Source: Gammaproteobacteria bacterium (GTDB taxonomy: Bacteria > Pseudomonadota > Gammaproteobacteria > JBCCGL01). From it: a DNA stretch of 64,000 nt. Below are positions 40,561 through 50,009 of this stretch, piece by piece. The stretch spans positions 3,584,001 through 3,648,000 of the forward strand of contig OZ255836.1 in the NCBI GenBank assembly GCA_965277715.1, read 5' to 3'. The position numbers and the translations under genes were made by a program. How positions within the stretch are numbered: position 1 is the stretch's first letter; the number at the start of each line of letters is the position of its first letter. The notes below the pieces were generated by a model that saw only the letters and a list, made by a program, of their open reading frames with translations, ran no database searches and had not been told where the DNA came from.

Positions 40561-43173
40561 CTAACCTGCCTGTTTGATTCGTCGGCGTTGCAGCCAAATA
40601 ATAAGTCCCAACAATAACATGGCCGGAAGGTAAAATATTTCTTTGGCGATGCGTTCATTGGGTTTGCGAATATCGGCTACACGCACGGGCTCGTCGCTAT
40701 AGTAATCAAACGACTTGCCAATGCTTTCAAAAAATGGGGTGCCTGGAAAGGGTTCTTCGATAATTGCAGAACCATTTTCGATAGTCACGTTGATACCCGC
40801 TTTTTTGAGCCGTTCAATGGCCTCTACCGGTTGCCCCAGTGGTACGAGTATGGTCGTCGATTCAATCTCACCGGAGTCAAAATCCGGGCCACTGATCACC
40901 ATGGTCAAAGTGCCATCGGGGGTCGCCTCTCCCACTACTTCGTAAACTTTACTGGGCTCGATACTTTGATAGGGTGGTGAAACCTGATCCAGCCAGTAAC
41001 CGGGGCGGAACAGGGTAAACGCGATCAGCAGTAGAACGCCGGATTCCCACAGTTTGTTGCGGGTGAGTAGGTAGCGTTGTGTCGCAGAGGCGAATAGCAT
41101 CATGGCGATAACCGCGACAAAAAAGACAAAGAAAGCTTTGGCCAGTGATACGTTGATTAGCAGTAACTCGGTGTTAAAGATAAACAAAAAAGGCAGGAGT
41201 GCTGTGCGGATATCGTAGGCAAACCCCTGGATGCCGGTTTTGATCGGGTCACCCTTGGAGATTGCCGCCGCTGCAAATGCCGCCAGGCCAACAGGGGGTG
41301 TGTCGTCAGCGAGGATACCGAAATAAAAGACAAACAAGTGCACGGCGATCAACGGCACCAGTAAACCGCTCTTTGCCCCCAGGGCAATAATTACAGGCGC
41401 CATCAACGATGATACAACGATGTAGTTGGCGGTGGTCGGCAGGCCCATGCCCAGGATTAAGCTCATTATCGCGACCAGAATCAGCATGACAATTAAATGG
41501 CCGCCGGAGAGAAATTCAACCAGTTCGCCAACCACCTGGTGCGCGCCCGTCAGAGAAATTGTACCGACGATAATGCCCGCAGCACCGGTTGCCACGGCGA
41601 TACCAATCATATTGCGCGATCCTGCAATCATGCCCTCAAAGCAGTTGCCCGCGCCTTTTTTAAAGGCGGCCCGGTAATCACCGGCGCCCCGAAAAAAAGC
41701 TTTGATAGGGTGTTGTGTCAAGGCCACGATAAGCATCGCAATTGTTGCCCAGAAGGCCGATAGGGCCGGTGAAAGCCGCTCAATGATGATGCACCAGATA
41801 AGAATGACAATTGGCAGGATATAGTACAGGCCAGTGATTGCCGTGGCGCCGGCCTTGGGCAGTTCAGTTATAGGATCATTAGGGTCATCGACGTGCAAAT
41901 CGGGGTGTTTGGCAGCGAGCTTGAGCAAATATAAATAGAGCAGTGAACAGCCCACCGCTACCACCCAAAAGGCGGCATCCGGGGCGACGATCTTGATCCA
42001 CCCCAGCCCGTAATAGACGGCGATACCGAGCAGGGAAAGGCCGATAAAACCACTTAGCACACCGAGTAATTTATTTGCCAGAGTGAGCGATGAGGGAGGC
42101 TTTGGTAAGCCTTTCAGGTCGAGCTTCATTGCTTCGAGGTGAACGATATACACTAGCGCGATATAGGAAACCAGTGCGGGCACCAATGCGTGTTTGATGA
42201 TGTCGGTGTAACTGATACCCGTGAATTCGGCAATCAGGAAGGCGGCCGCGCCCATTACCGGCGGGGTCAGTTGCCCGTTGGTGGAGGAGGCCACTTCAAT
42301 CGCACCGGCTTTTTCTGCCGAGAAGCCGGTGCGCTTCATTAAGGGAATGGTAAACGTACCGGTCGTCACAGTATTGGCAATCGATGAACCGGAGTAGAGG
42401 CCACTCAATGCCGAGGCGACCACCGCCGCTTTTGCTGGCCCACCACGGAAGTGCCCCAGCAGGGCAAAGGCAATTTTGATGAAGTAGTTGCCGGCACCGG
42501 CTTTTTCCAGGATGGCGCCGAACAGTACAAATAAAAATATCAGCGAGGCAGAGACGCTAAGCGCCACACCAAACACCCCTTCGCTGTATGTCCAGAAGTG
42601 AGACACAGCTTTGCCAAATGAAGCACCTTTCCATTGAATAGCCTCTGGCAGCCATTCGCCGTGACCAAAGAATACGTAGGCGATAAATACACTGGCGACA
42701 ATCACCAGTGGTAACCCCAGGGCGCGGTAAACGGCGATCAATAGCACAACCATACCTGTCGAACCGATGATGGTGTCCTGGAGTGTCCAGCTACCAGCGC
42801 GGTCGGCTAGCTCAAACCGATAGATATTCATGTATAGACAGCAGACAATACCCGCGATAATCAGTAGCCAGTCGTACCACGGAATAGTATTTTTAGGGCT
42901 GGATTTGAATAGGGGGAAGGCAATCGCAGCGAGCACCAGCCCAGTGCCCAGGTGGATTCTGCGCGCTCCCATATTGGTAACGATCAAGTCGATGCCGGTG
43001 ACCTCGGTCAACCAGAAAGGCAGGTTTGAGGCGGTATAGAGTTGAAAGAGCGCCCAGGTAAAGGTGACAGCGACGATAAGCTTATTTTGCCAGCCAAACA
43101 GATGGCGGTTGCCCGTGTCGACTTGTGCGACAAAATCATCTAGATCCTTCTGTGCTATAGGTTGCTTTGCCAT
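40561..43173 (-). CDS. TRAP transporter fused 4TM/12TM permease
   Basis: GGPAKAAV, SGSSIAN, PPVMGAAAF, GMGLPTTANY, DDTPPVGLA. Confidence 0.93.
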   Translation of the reverse strand: MAKQPIAQKDLDDFVAQVDTGNRHLFGWQNKLIVAVTFTWALFQLYTASNLPFWLTEVTGIDLIVTNMGARRIHLGTGLVLAAIAFPLFKSSPKNTIPWYDWLLIIAGIVCCLYMNIYRFELADRAGSWTLQDTIIGSTGMVVLLIAVYRALGLPLVIVASVFIAYVFFGHGEWLPEAIQWKGASFGKAVSHFWTYSEGVFGVALSVSASLIFLFVLFGAILEKAGAGNYFIKIAFALLGHFRGGPAKAAVVASALSGLYSGSSIANTVTTGTFTIPLMKRTGFSAEKAGAIEVASSTNGQLTPPVMGAAAFLIAEFTGISYTDIIKHALVPALVSYIALVYIVHLEAMKLDLKGLPKPPSSLTLANKLLGVLSGFIGLSLLGIAVYYGLGWIKIVAPDAAFWVVAVGCSLLYLYLLKLAAKHPDLHVDDPNDPITELPKAGATAITGLYYILPIVILIWCIIIERLSPALSAFWATIAMLIVALTQHPIKAFFRGAGDYRAAFKKGAGNCFEGMIAGSRNMIGIAVATGAAGIIVGTISLTGAHQVVGELVEFLSGGHLIVMLILVAIMSLILGMGLPTTANYIVVSSLMAPVIIALGAKSGLLVPLIAVHLFVFYFGILADDTPPVGLAAFAAAAISKGDPIKTGIQGFAYDIRTALLPFLFIFNTELLLINVSLAKAFFVFFVAVIAMMLFASATQRYLLTRNKLWESGVLLLIAFTLFRPGYWLDQVSPPYQSIEPSKVYEVVGEATPDGTLTMVISGPDFDSGEIESTTILVPLGQPVEAIERLKKAGINVTIENGSAIIEEPFPGTPFFESIGKSFDYYSDEPVRVADIRKPNERIAKEIFYLPAMLLLGLIIWLQRRRIKQAG

Positions 43174-43248
43174 GACCGGTTCCTGTTAAGAAATATGATT
43201 GTTTTTTTTGTTTTTGGAAACAATACCCACTATGCAGGTGCATTCGTG

Positions 43249-43274
43249 TGGGCAGGCCACAAAAGGGCCTGCCC
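43249..43274. terminator. GC hairpin between the TAXI and permease genes
   Basis: gggcaggcc...ggcctgccc inverted repeat; may stabilise the binding-protein mRNA. Confidence 0.5.
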
Positions 43275-43291
43275 GAATGGCGGGGCTTAGG

Positions 43292-44257
43292 TTACAACCA
43301 GCCGCGCTCTTTGTAGTACTTAACCGCACCTGGGTGTAACGGTGCAGACAGCGAATCAGAAATCATTTGCTTTTCGTTCAGATTGGCGAACGCCGGGTGC
43401 AGTTTCTTGAAATCGTCGAAGTTGTCGAATACCGCTTTGACCACAACGTAAACGGCGTCTTCAGGCACATCGGCACTGGTCACGAAGGTTGCGCCGACAC
43501 CGAAAGTCTGAATGTCCTTATCGTTGTTGTACATGCCCGCTGGAATGGTGGCGGTACGGTAAAACGGGTTGTCGGCAATCAGCTTGTCGATGGCCGGGCC
43601 TTGTACATCAACCAGGTGTGCATCACAGGTGGCGAGTGACTCTTGCGTTAAAGCTGAAGGATGGCCCACCAACCAGAAATATGCATCGATCTTGCCATCG
43701 CATACTGCCTGACCGGTCTCTGCCGATTTCATTTCAGCGGCCAGTTTCAGGTCTCCGCGTTTCCAGCCGAGTGCCGCTTCGATAACCTCCCAGGTGCCGC
43801 GTGTCCCCGATCCTGGGTTGCCGATGTTCATCCGCTTGCCTTTAACATCATTGAGTTGCTTAATGCCTGAACCATCGCTGGCGATGACGGTGACAGGTTC
43901 CGGGTGAACAGAAAATACGGCACGGAGTTTGTCGAATTTGCCTTTTTCGGCAAATTTGGACGTGCCGTTATAGGCGTGGTACTGCCAGTCTGATTGGGCC
44001 ACACCGAATTCCAGTTCACCGGCGCGAATGGTGTTGATGTTGTAAATGGAACCGCCGGTCGACTCTGCCGAGCAACGAATGCCGTGCTCTTTGCGGTTTT
44101 TGTTTACCAGTCGGCAGATAGCACCGCCGGTTGGGTAGTAAACACCGGTGACGCCACCGGTGCCGATAGAGATAAATTTCTGCGCTGCAAAGCTGGGTGC
44201 AGCACAAACGAGTGTCGTTGCCATTGCTGCAACAATGGTTAATGGTTTTAACGCCAT
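43292..44257 (-). CDS. TAXI-family TRAP solute-binding protein
   Basis: Signal peptide, [35 protein letters not shown]. Confidence 0.93.
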   Translation of the reverse strand: MALKPLTIVAAMATTLVCAAPSFAAQKFISIGTGGVTGVYYPTGGAICRLVNKNRKEHGIRCSAESTGGSIYNINTIRAGELEFGVAQSDWQYHAYNGTSKFAEKGKFDKLRAVFSVHPEPVTVIASDGSGIKQLNDVKGKRMNIGNPGSGTRGTWEVIEAALGWKRGDLKLAAEMKSAETGQAVCDGKIDAYFWLVGHPSALTQESLATCDAHLVDVQGPAIDKLIADNPFYRTATIPAGMYNNDKDIQTFGVGATFVTSADVPEDAVYVVVKAVFDNFDDFKKLHPAFANLNEKQMISDSLSAPLHPGAVKYYKERGWL

Positions 44258-44477
44258 GAAAATTCCTCCGCACAAAGATTGTGAATGAATGTTAGTGACT
44301 GGTTATTGTGCACTGGCAGTCACATGGTTTTATCGTACAGTATATTGTGATGTACTGAAACTCGGGCAGTGCCTGCCGGTGATTATTTCCTGTGATTATT
44401 CTGGCGTTGACCCGAACCCAGCCAGTGTTTTCGTGTCTACAAATACCCCCTTATTTAGCGCGTGTTGCGAGGCAGTT

Positions 44478-46211
44478 ATGGTCAGAGCGTTAGTTTTACT
44501 TGTCGCACTCTTTTCGAATGTCGTATTTTCAAGTGCTGTATCCGCAGCGCCTGTCACCACTGATTTCCCCTGGAATGAATGGGACAGTGCTGTGTTTGAA
44601 CGCGCTGAGCGCGAAAATAAATTTGTATTACTCAGTCTACAAGCCTGGTGGTGCCACCCCTGCCACCAGATGAATACGATTACCTACGAGGATGCAGGGG
44701 TGCGTGCGTTGATCGACAGACATTTTATTCCGGTTTATGTCGACCAGGACAGTCGACCCGATATATCCCAGCGCTATGAGCGTTGGGGCTGGCCGGCAAC
44801 GGTATTGTTTGCGGCGGACGGTACCGAAATAGTCAAATTGCGTGGGTTTTACTCACCTAAATTTTTCACCCCGATTCTACAGGCGACAATTGACGATCCC
44901 AGCCCGGTCGATTATGGCCAGCGTGGTGGCGATGAGCGCGCTGCCTCGCGTGTAATGCGCTTGAGTGCAGCGCAACGCAAAGTGATTGTCGATTTTATGG
45001 AAAAAACCTACGACAAAAACCACGGTGGCTGGGGATTGCGGTCAAAATTTGTCGATGGCCCCACGCTGATCTATGCGCTTGAGCAATCTCAACAGGATCC
45101 ATTAATGGCACAACGCGCCCATGAAACGGTAACACGCTTGATTGCAATGATCGATAAAGACCACGGTGGATTGTCGCAAATTTCGCTGGCAAAAGACTGG
45201 AGCAGGCCGTTGGATGAATACCCCATGTTTGCCCAGGAGGCGGGGTTGAATGCCTTTTCCTTAGCTTATGCGCGCTGGGGGGAGCAGGCATTTCGCCAGG
45301 CGGCAGATCGCGTTTACGGCTTTCTCGCCAACACACTGAGTGCACCTGATGGGGGTTTTTATACCAGTTTTGGTGCCGATAAGTTTAATCCCGGTATAGA
45401 TAAACGCCGTTACGCACGCGAAAACGGCCAGGCAATTTCGGCACTGGCTACTTATTACGATGCAACGGGTAACCGCGATGCACTGTCACTGGCGGTACGC
45501 AATGCACAGTGGGTGCTGGATCATCGCGGTTTGCCAGGCGGCGGTTTTCGCCACAGTGCGAATGATAAGGGCGGCCCTTATTTGGTCGATACGCTGACGA
45601 TGGCGCAGGCGATGCTAAAACTGTACCGCTCCACAGGTGACCGGGACTGGCTGCTCCGTGCGCAGTCGGCGGGGGCGTTTATTCAACAGCATTTTATCGA
45701 TGCGAAGACCGGCGGTTTTATCTCAGCGAAGATACCCGCGCAGGATTTTATGCAGCAGTCGATTAAGCAAAAAGATGAAAACGTGCGGGCGACACGCTTT
45801 TTTAACCAACTATGGTATTACACCGGTGTGGCGTCATTCCGTGTTATCGCTGAAGCGGGGATGGGGTATTTGGCCTCAGATCGTATACTGGAGGGGTATT
45901 ATTTCCTGCCGGGTGTTTTGCAGGCCGAGTATGAGCTTGGCAATGAGCCGGTGCATGTGACAGTAGTGGGGGCAAAAGATGACCCGGATGCCGCCGCGTT
46001 ATATCGTGCTGCCTTGGCTTACCCCTCGGTGTACAAACGGGCCGAGTGGTGGGATAAGCGCGAGGGGAAATTGCTGCGTGACGATGTTGTCTACCCACAG
46101 CTCAAGCAGGCAGCGGCGTTTGCGTGCAGTAACAGCGTATGTTCTACGCCGGTAACTGATCCGCTACGGTTGAGCGAAGCAGTGGACCGCTTACTGGGGC
46201 ATCCGGGTTGA
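44478..46211 (+). CDS. Exported thioredoxin-domain (DUF255/YyaL-like) protein
   Basis: Signal peptide MVRALVLL...SAA, WWCHPCHQM, RPDI..RY..WGWPAT, C-terminal AFACSNSVCSTP. Start at ATG 44478. Confidence 0.8.
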   Translation: MVRALVLLVALFSNVVFSSAVSAAPVTTDFPWNEWDSAVFERAERENKFVLLSLQAWWCHPCHQMNTITYEDAGVRALIDRHFIPVYVDQDSRPDISQRYERWGWPATVLFAADGTEIVKLRGFYSPKFFTPILQATIDDPSPVDYGQRGGDERAASRVMRLSAAQRKVIVDFMEKTYDKNHGGWGLRSKFVDGPTLIYALEQSQQDPLMAQRAHETVTRLIAMIDKDHGGLSQISLAKDWSRPLDEYPMFAQEAGLNAFSLAYARWGEQAFRQAADRVYGFLANTLSAPDGGFYTSFGADKFNPGIDKRRYARENGQAISALATYYDATGNRDALSLAVRNAQWVLDHRGLPGGGFRHSANDKGGPYLVDTLTMAQAMLKLYRSTGDRDWLLRAQSAGAFIQQHFIDAKTGGFISAKIPAQDFMQQSIKQKDENVRATRFFNQLWYYTGVASFRVIAEAGMGYLASDRILEGYYFLPGVLQAEYELGNEPVHVTVVGAKDDPDAAALYRAALAYPSVYKRAEWWDKREGKLLRDDVVYPQLKQAAAFACSNSVCSTPVTDPLRLSEAVDRLLGHPG

Positions 46212-46292
46212 AGTGTGTTTCTATAATGTGATATATTGAAACGTCATCATATATTTTTCTGACACCCACCTAAAACCGGATGGAATCTTACT

Positions 46293-46550
46293 ATGCGTAC
46301 GATCATTGATTTACCTGACGATCAAATTACCGCTCTGGCGCGACAATCTGCCAAATATAATACTTCAAGAGCAGCGATGGTGCGTGACGCCGTGGCTGAG
46401 TATTTAGTGAATCGGCGTGACCCCATCGATGATCAGGCTTTTGGCCTGTTTCGGGAAAATCCCTTGGATATTTTAGGGGATATTTCAGGTGATGGCCCAG
46501 ATGATGGCCTGGTACGGCAAAACAGCTTACGGGATGAGTGGAGGGTATGA
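46293..46550 (+). CDS. vapB: RHH/CopG-type antitoxin (VapB)
   Basis: MRTIIDLPDDQ...SRAAMVRDAVAEYL...AFGL...LRDEW; ATGA overlap with the PIN gene. Confidence 0.85.
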   Translation: MRTIIDLPDDQITALARQSAKYNTSRAAMVRDAVAEYLVNRRDPIDDQAFGLFRENPLDILGDISGDGPDDGLVRQNSLRDEWRV

Positions 46551-46912
46551 GGGTTGTTTTTGATAGCAACCTGCTGATTGACTACTTAAACGGTATTGAG
46601 GCGGCTAAACGTGAAATAAACCACACCTATTCCAGAAAGGTGATCAGCCGGATCACCTGGATGGAAGTGATGGTAGGTGTGCCACCAGAACATCAGCAGG
46701 TGGTTATACAGTTTCTCAACCGGTTTGACGTGATTGACACCAGCCCGGCTATTGGCGCGTTAGCGGTCTCCATTCGGCAAGCCCAGCGAATACGTTTGCC
46801 AGATGCGATTATCTGGGCCACCGCCATTGATCAGGAAGCATTGCTGGTGACGAGAAACACCAGGGATTTTCCAGCCCAGGATCCTGGTATCCGCATTCCT
46901 TACACACTTTAA
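46547..46912 (+). CDS. vapC: PIN-domain toxin VapC
   Basis: FDSNLLIDYL, ITWMEV, LPDAIIWATA, LVTRNTRDF. Confidence 0.92.
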   Translation: MRVVFDSNLLIDYLNGIEAAKREINHTYSRKVISRITWMEVMVGVPPEHQQVVIQFLNRFDVIDTSPAIGALAVSIRQAQRIRLPDAIIWATAIDQEALLVTRNTRDFPAQDPGIRIPYTL

Positions 46913-46968
46913 CCTAAATTCCGCAGTTGATAGGTGCTCGCAGTAGATTCAACTGAGGAATTTAGGTT
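46911..46968. repeat. 20 bp inverted repeat (bidirectional terminator or minimal MITE-like element)
   Basis: aacctaaattccgcagttga / tcaactgaggaatttaggtt, 19/20 complementary, 18 nt spacer. Confidence 0.8.
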
Positions 46969-46998
46969 TAACTGCCCGCAACCCTCTGGCCAGTCCCT

Positions 46999-48555
46999 CT
47001 ATGGTTCCCCATTGCCGATCTCAATTTTACGCCGTGCCACGTAATCATCTATCGCCTCCAGCCTGCCTGGGTCGATAGGGGGGGCTTCATACGCTTCTAA
47101 AACCTTTTGCCAAATCCCGGTGGCGCGCACCTCGGCGGTTTTGGCACCAGCCTGTTGCCAGTTCTCGTTATTTTGCCAATCGCTGAGCATCGGTTCATAG
47201 AAGGCGGTTTTGTAGCGTTCCATGGTGTGCTGAGTGCCGAAGAAATGCCCGCCGGGGCCGACATCTTCAATTGCCTCCAGGCCAAACTCCTCGTTATTAA
47301 TCTTTATCGGTTCGAGAATGCGGGACATCGATTGCAATGACTCGATATCGATAATGAGTTTTTCAAATGAAGCGACCAGGCCACCCTCCAGCCACCCCGC
47401 TGCGTGGTAAATAATATTACCGTGGCCGAGTACCCCGCCCCACAGCGCACTTTGTGTCTCGTATACAGCTTGTGCGTCGGTGGTGTTACTGGCGTTGCAG
47501 GCGCTGGTGCGATAGGGCAGACCATACTTTCGGGCCAACTGGCCACCGGCGATGTTGGCCAGTGCATTTTCCGGTGTGCCAAACGCGGGCGCCCCTGAGC
47601 GCATATCGACATTAGACGTGAAACCGCCGTACAGGCAGGGTGAACCGGGGGCAGCCAGCTGTAGAATCGCCAGCGTCAGAATAGCTTCGGCGTTCTGCTG
47701 TGCCAGTGCACCGGCCATTGTTACCGGCGTCATTGCGCCCATCAGAGTAAAGGGTGTGGCGATCACCGCCTGGCCGTGCTCAGCCATATAAATGGCGGCA
47801 TCAGCCATCGTATCATCGAGCTTGCGGGGTGAGTTGATATTGATGTTGACAATAGCACTGGGGCTTTTGGCTAACTCCTCCACGGTTAAACCACGTGCAA
47901 GCGCTATCATTTCCACTGCATCACGTACCCTGCCAACGCCGATAGGGATACCACTGACGATTTTATCGGTCAATACCAATGATTCGCGGTAGGTATCCAG
48001 GTGACGGTTATTGACCGACATCTCAATCGGTGACGTGGGCTGGTTGCCCATAAAGGAGAGCACGTTGAAGTATTGGTAAAACTTCATCAGCTTTTTGTAG
48101 TCTGCAAAGTTGCCGGGGCGGCGGCCATTGATATGATCGTGGATATTGGGTGTCCCGGAAACCAGGCCAAAGTTAATGTTGTTACCCCCAATTTCAATGG
48201 CGTTTTCAGGGTTTCGCGGTGTAAGCGTGAAGTGGCCTGGCGCTTTGGCGACGGCCTGCAAAAATACTTCGCGCTGACCTTTGACGATACCACTGGCCTC
48301 GTCGACCTCTGCGCCCGCCGCTCTCAACAAACTCCGTGCTTTGGCACTCATGACCTCAATACCCTGCTCTTCAAGCAGGCGCATAGAGGCGTTGTGGACT
48401 GATTCGAGCTGATCTTCAGATAGGGGAGTGAGTGGAGCGAACGGGCTTTTTAGTTGCTGACGGGGAAGCTGGCGAACCACCGCTGGCCTGGCCTCGACGT
48501 TTTCAGCTTCACTAATTTGGCGATTGCGGCGGCGTTTTCTCTCGGGTCTCGACAT
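46999..48555 (-). CDS. MttB-family (trimethylamine/glycine betaine) methyltransferase, non-pyrrolysine
   Basis: NINSPRKLD, TPFTLMGAMTPVT, GGFTSNVDMRSGAPAFGTPE, HAAGWLEGGL, VGPGGHFFG; no in-frame TAG. Confidence 0.9.
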   Translation of the reverse strand: MSRPERKRRRNRQISEAENVEARPAVVRQLPRQQLKSPFAPLTPLSEDQLESVHNASMRLLEEQGIEVMSAKARSLLRAAGAEVDEASGIVKGQREVFLQAVAKAPGHFTLTPRNPENAIEIGGNNINFGLVSGTPNIHDHINGRRPGNFADYKKLMKFYQYFNVLSFMGNQPTSPIEMSVNNRHLDTYRESLVLTDKIVSGIPIGVGRVRDAVEMIALARGLTVEELAKSPSAIVNININSPRKLDDTMADAAIYMAEHGQAVIATPFTLMGAMTPVTMAGALAQQNAEAILTLAILQLAAPGSPCLYGGFTSNVDMRSGAPAFGTPENALANIAGGQLARKYGLPYRTSACNASNTTDAQAVYETQSALWGGVLGHGNIIYHAAGWLEGGLVASFEKLIIDIESLQSMSRILEPIKINNEEFGLEAIEDVGPGGHFFGTQHTMERYKTAFYEPMLSDWQNNENWQQAGAKTAEVRATGIWQKVLEAYEAPPIDPGRLEAIDDYVARRKIEIGNGEP

Positions 48556-48681
48556 AATGATTTCTTGGTAAACAGAGTTACCCATCCTATCTAGCGATGA
48601 AGTGCCTGTATATGCATAGTCAGACCGCACTTGTCCGGCAGGCGACGCCCGCTACCGGAAATGCTTAATACCCATTTCCCA

Positions 48682-49407
48682 TCAGCAAAAATCCCCCCAC
48701 CGCGACTGCATCACGGCAATAGCCGCAACAGCGGCTGTTTCAGTCCTTAGCACACGTGGCCCAAGGGCTGCACGCTGTACATCCGCTTCCAACATTAACT
48801 GAATTTCGTGTGGGCTAAAGCCGCTTTCTGGGCCAATGATCAGTGTACACTGGCCACTTATTGGGTGGTTTATGAGCGAATTTGGTGCTGTTGGATCAAG
48901 AAGCACACAGTCCTGCGTTCCTCGCGCCTGTGCCAGCCACTGAGGTAGTGTTAACGGCACCGCCACGGGAGGGATAATACTGCGCTCGGATTGTTCACAG
49001 GCACTGATAACCACCGCCTGCCAGTGCTGCATTTTTTTATCCCGGCGCTGGGTATCGTCGAGTTTGACGCTGGATTTTTGGGTGATGAGTGGTTGAATGC
49101 CGGTAACACCCAGCTCTACAGATTTTTGCACCGTATAGTCCATGCGCTCACTGCGTGAAATGCCTTGTACCAACGTGATATGCAGGGGTGATTCGTTGGT
49201 ACTTTCGGTTTTATCCCGAACGTGTAGCACAACGGATTTGCCGGTTTGCACGATGTCGGCACAGTAGTTAAAACCATCGCCATTGAAAAGCCGCAGTGAT
49301 TCACCTACCTGCATTCGCAGCACCTTGGTGAGGTGCACACTGGGGGCTTTTTCCAGAGTTATCGTGTTGTCAACGACCAGTGCTTGTGGGGTAAAAATCC
49401 GCGTCAT
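48682..49407 (-). CDS. rsmE: 16S rRNA m3U1498 methyltransferase
   Basis: HLTKVLRM, QKSVELGV, ACEQS, IGPESGF, LGPRVLRTETA. Confidence 0.95.
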   Translation of the reverse strand: MTRIFTPQALVVDNTITLEKAPSVHLTKVLRMQVGESLRLFNGDGFNYCADIVQTGKSVVLHVRDKTESTNESPLHITLVQGISRSERMDYTVQKSVELGVTGIQPLITQKSSVKLDDTQRRDKKMQHWQAVVISACEQSERSIIPPVAVPLTLPQWLAQARGTQDCVLLDPTAPNSLINHPISGQCTLIIGPESGFSPHEIQLMLEADVQRAALGPRVLRTETAAVAAIAVMQSRWGDFC

Positions 49408-49492
49408 ATCAAGGTTTAGCCTATGATTAATGTAAGGGTATTATCAACCATCGTGGACGAACCGATTGTAGCCTTTTTCTGCCTACCAGCAA

Positions 49493-49870
49493 TTAGCGAT
49501 TGTTTAGCCAGTCATTGAATTCGGCCGCGTTTTTATCACGTAAACCACTGGCAGCAATGGTATCCAACGCCAACCTCGCGTGCAGGGTTTGGGCTTCTGA
49601 CAATCGATTCAGCCCACCTGCACCCGCTAGGCTGTAGTGCACTCTGCCGGGGGAGCCACCGCTATATTGGTGCCATACGACAATACCATTACTCAAAGTC
49701 TACTCGGTCACCCCTCTAGGCAGTACACGCGTACCAACAATACTACCCTCCACAGCAGGAGAAATAGACCAGTCTTCGCTCGCTTGTATGGGCACCTGCG
49801 CAGCGGAAAATCGGGTTTTATCGACATAAAGGTACTGGCAAAAATAGTAACAAGCGAGCTTAGTATTGCA
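49493..49870 (-). pseudogene. Internal fragment of an M16-family (PqqL-like) zinc protease with an in-frame stop
   Basis: Frame reads ...GSIVGTRVLPRGVTE*TLSNGIVVW...GAGGLNRL...LALDTIAASGL; TAG at 49702-49700 sits where W of the GVTEWTLSNG motif is expected. Confidence 0.6.
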
Positions 49871-49918
49871 TCACGATTAAATACTAAAAAATATTAGAAA
49901 GGTAAGAAAATAACGAAT

Positions 49919-49937
49919 GAAGATTTTGAAAATCTTC
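49919..49937. promoter_or_regulatory. Perfect palindrome, candidate operator
   Basis: gaagatttt-g-aaaatcttc. Confidence 0.4.
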
Positions 49938-50009
49938 CTCTTTGAAACTACACAATAAGTCCATTTGAATAACTTAAACCGTCAAGTTATTTATTGACAA
50001 TCTCTAAAC

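Noticed and set aside
46929-46940. 12-mer gataggtgctcg also present near 51788
   Set aside because: Exact 12-mer matches are expected by chance in 64 kb and the flanks do not align.
46999-48555. Pyrrolysine recoding in the MttB homologue
   Set aside because: The frame is uninterrupted with no in-frame TAG, and no pyl genes are present.
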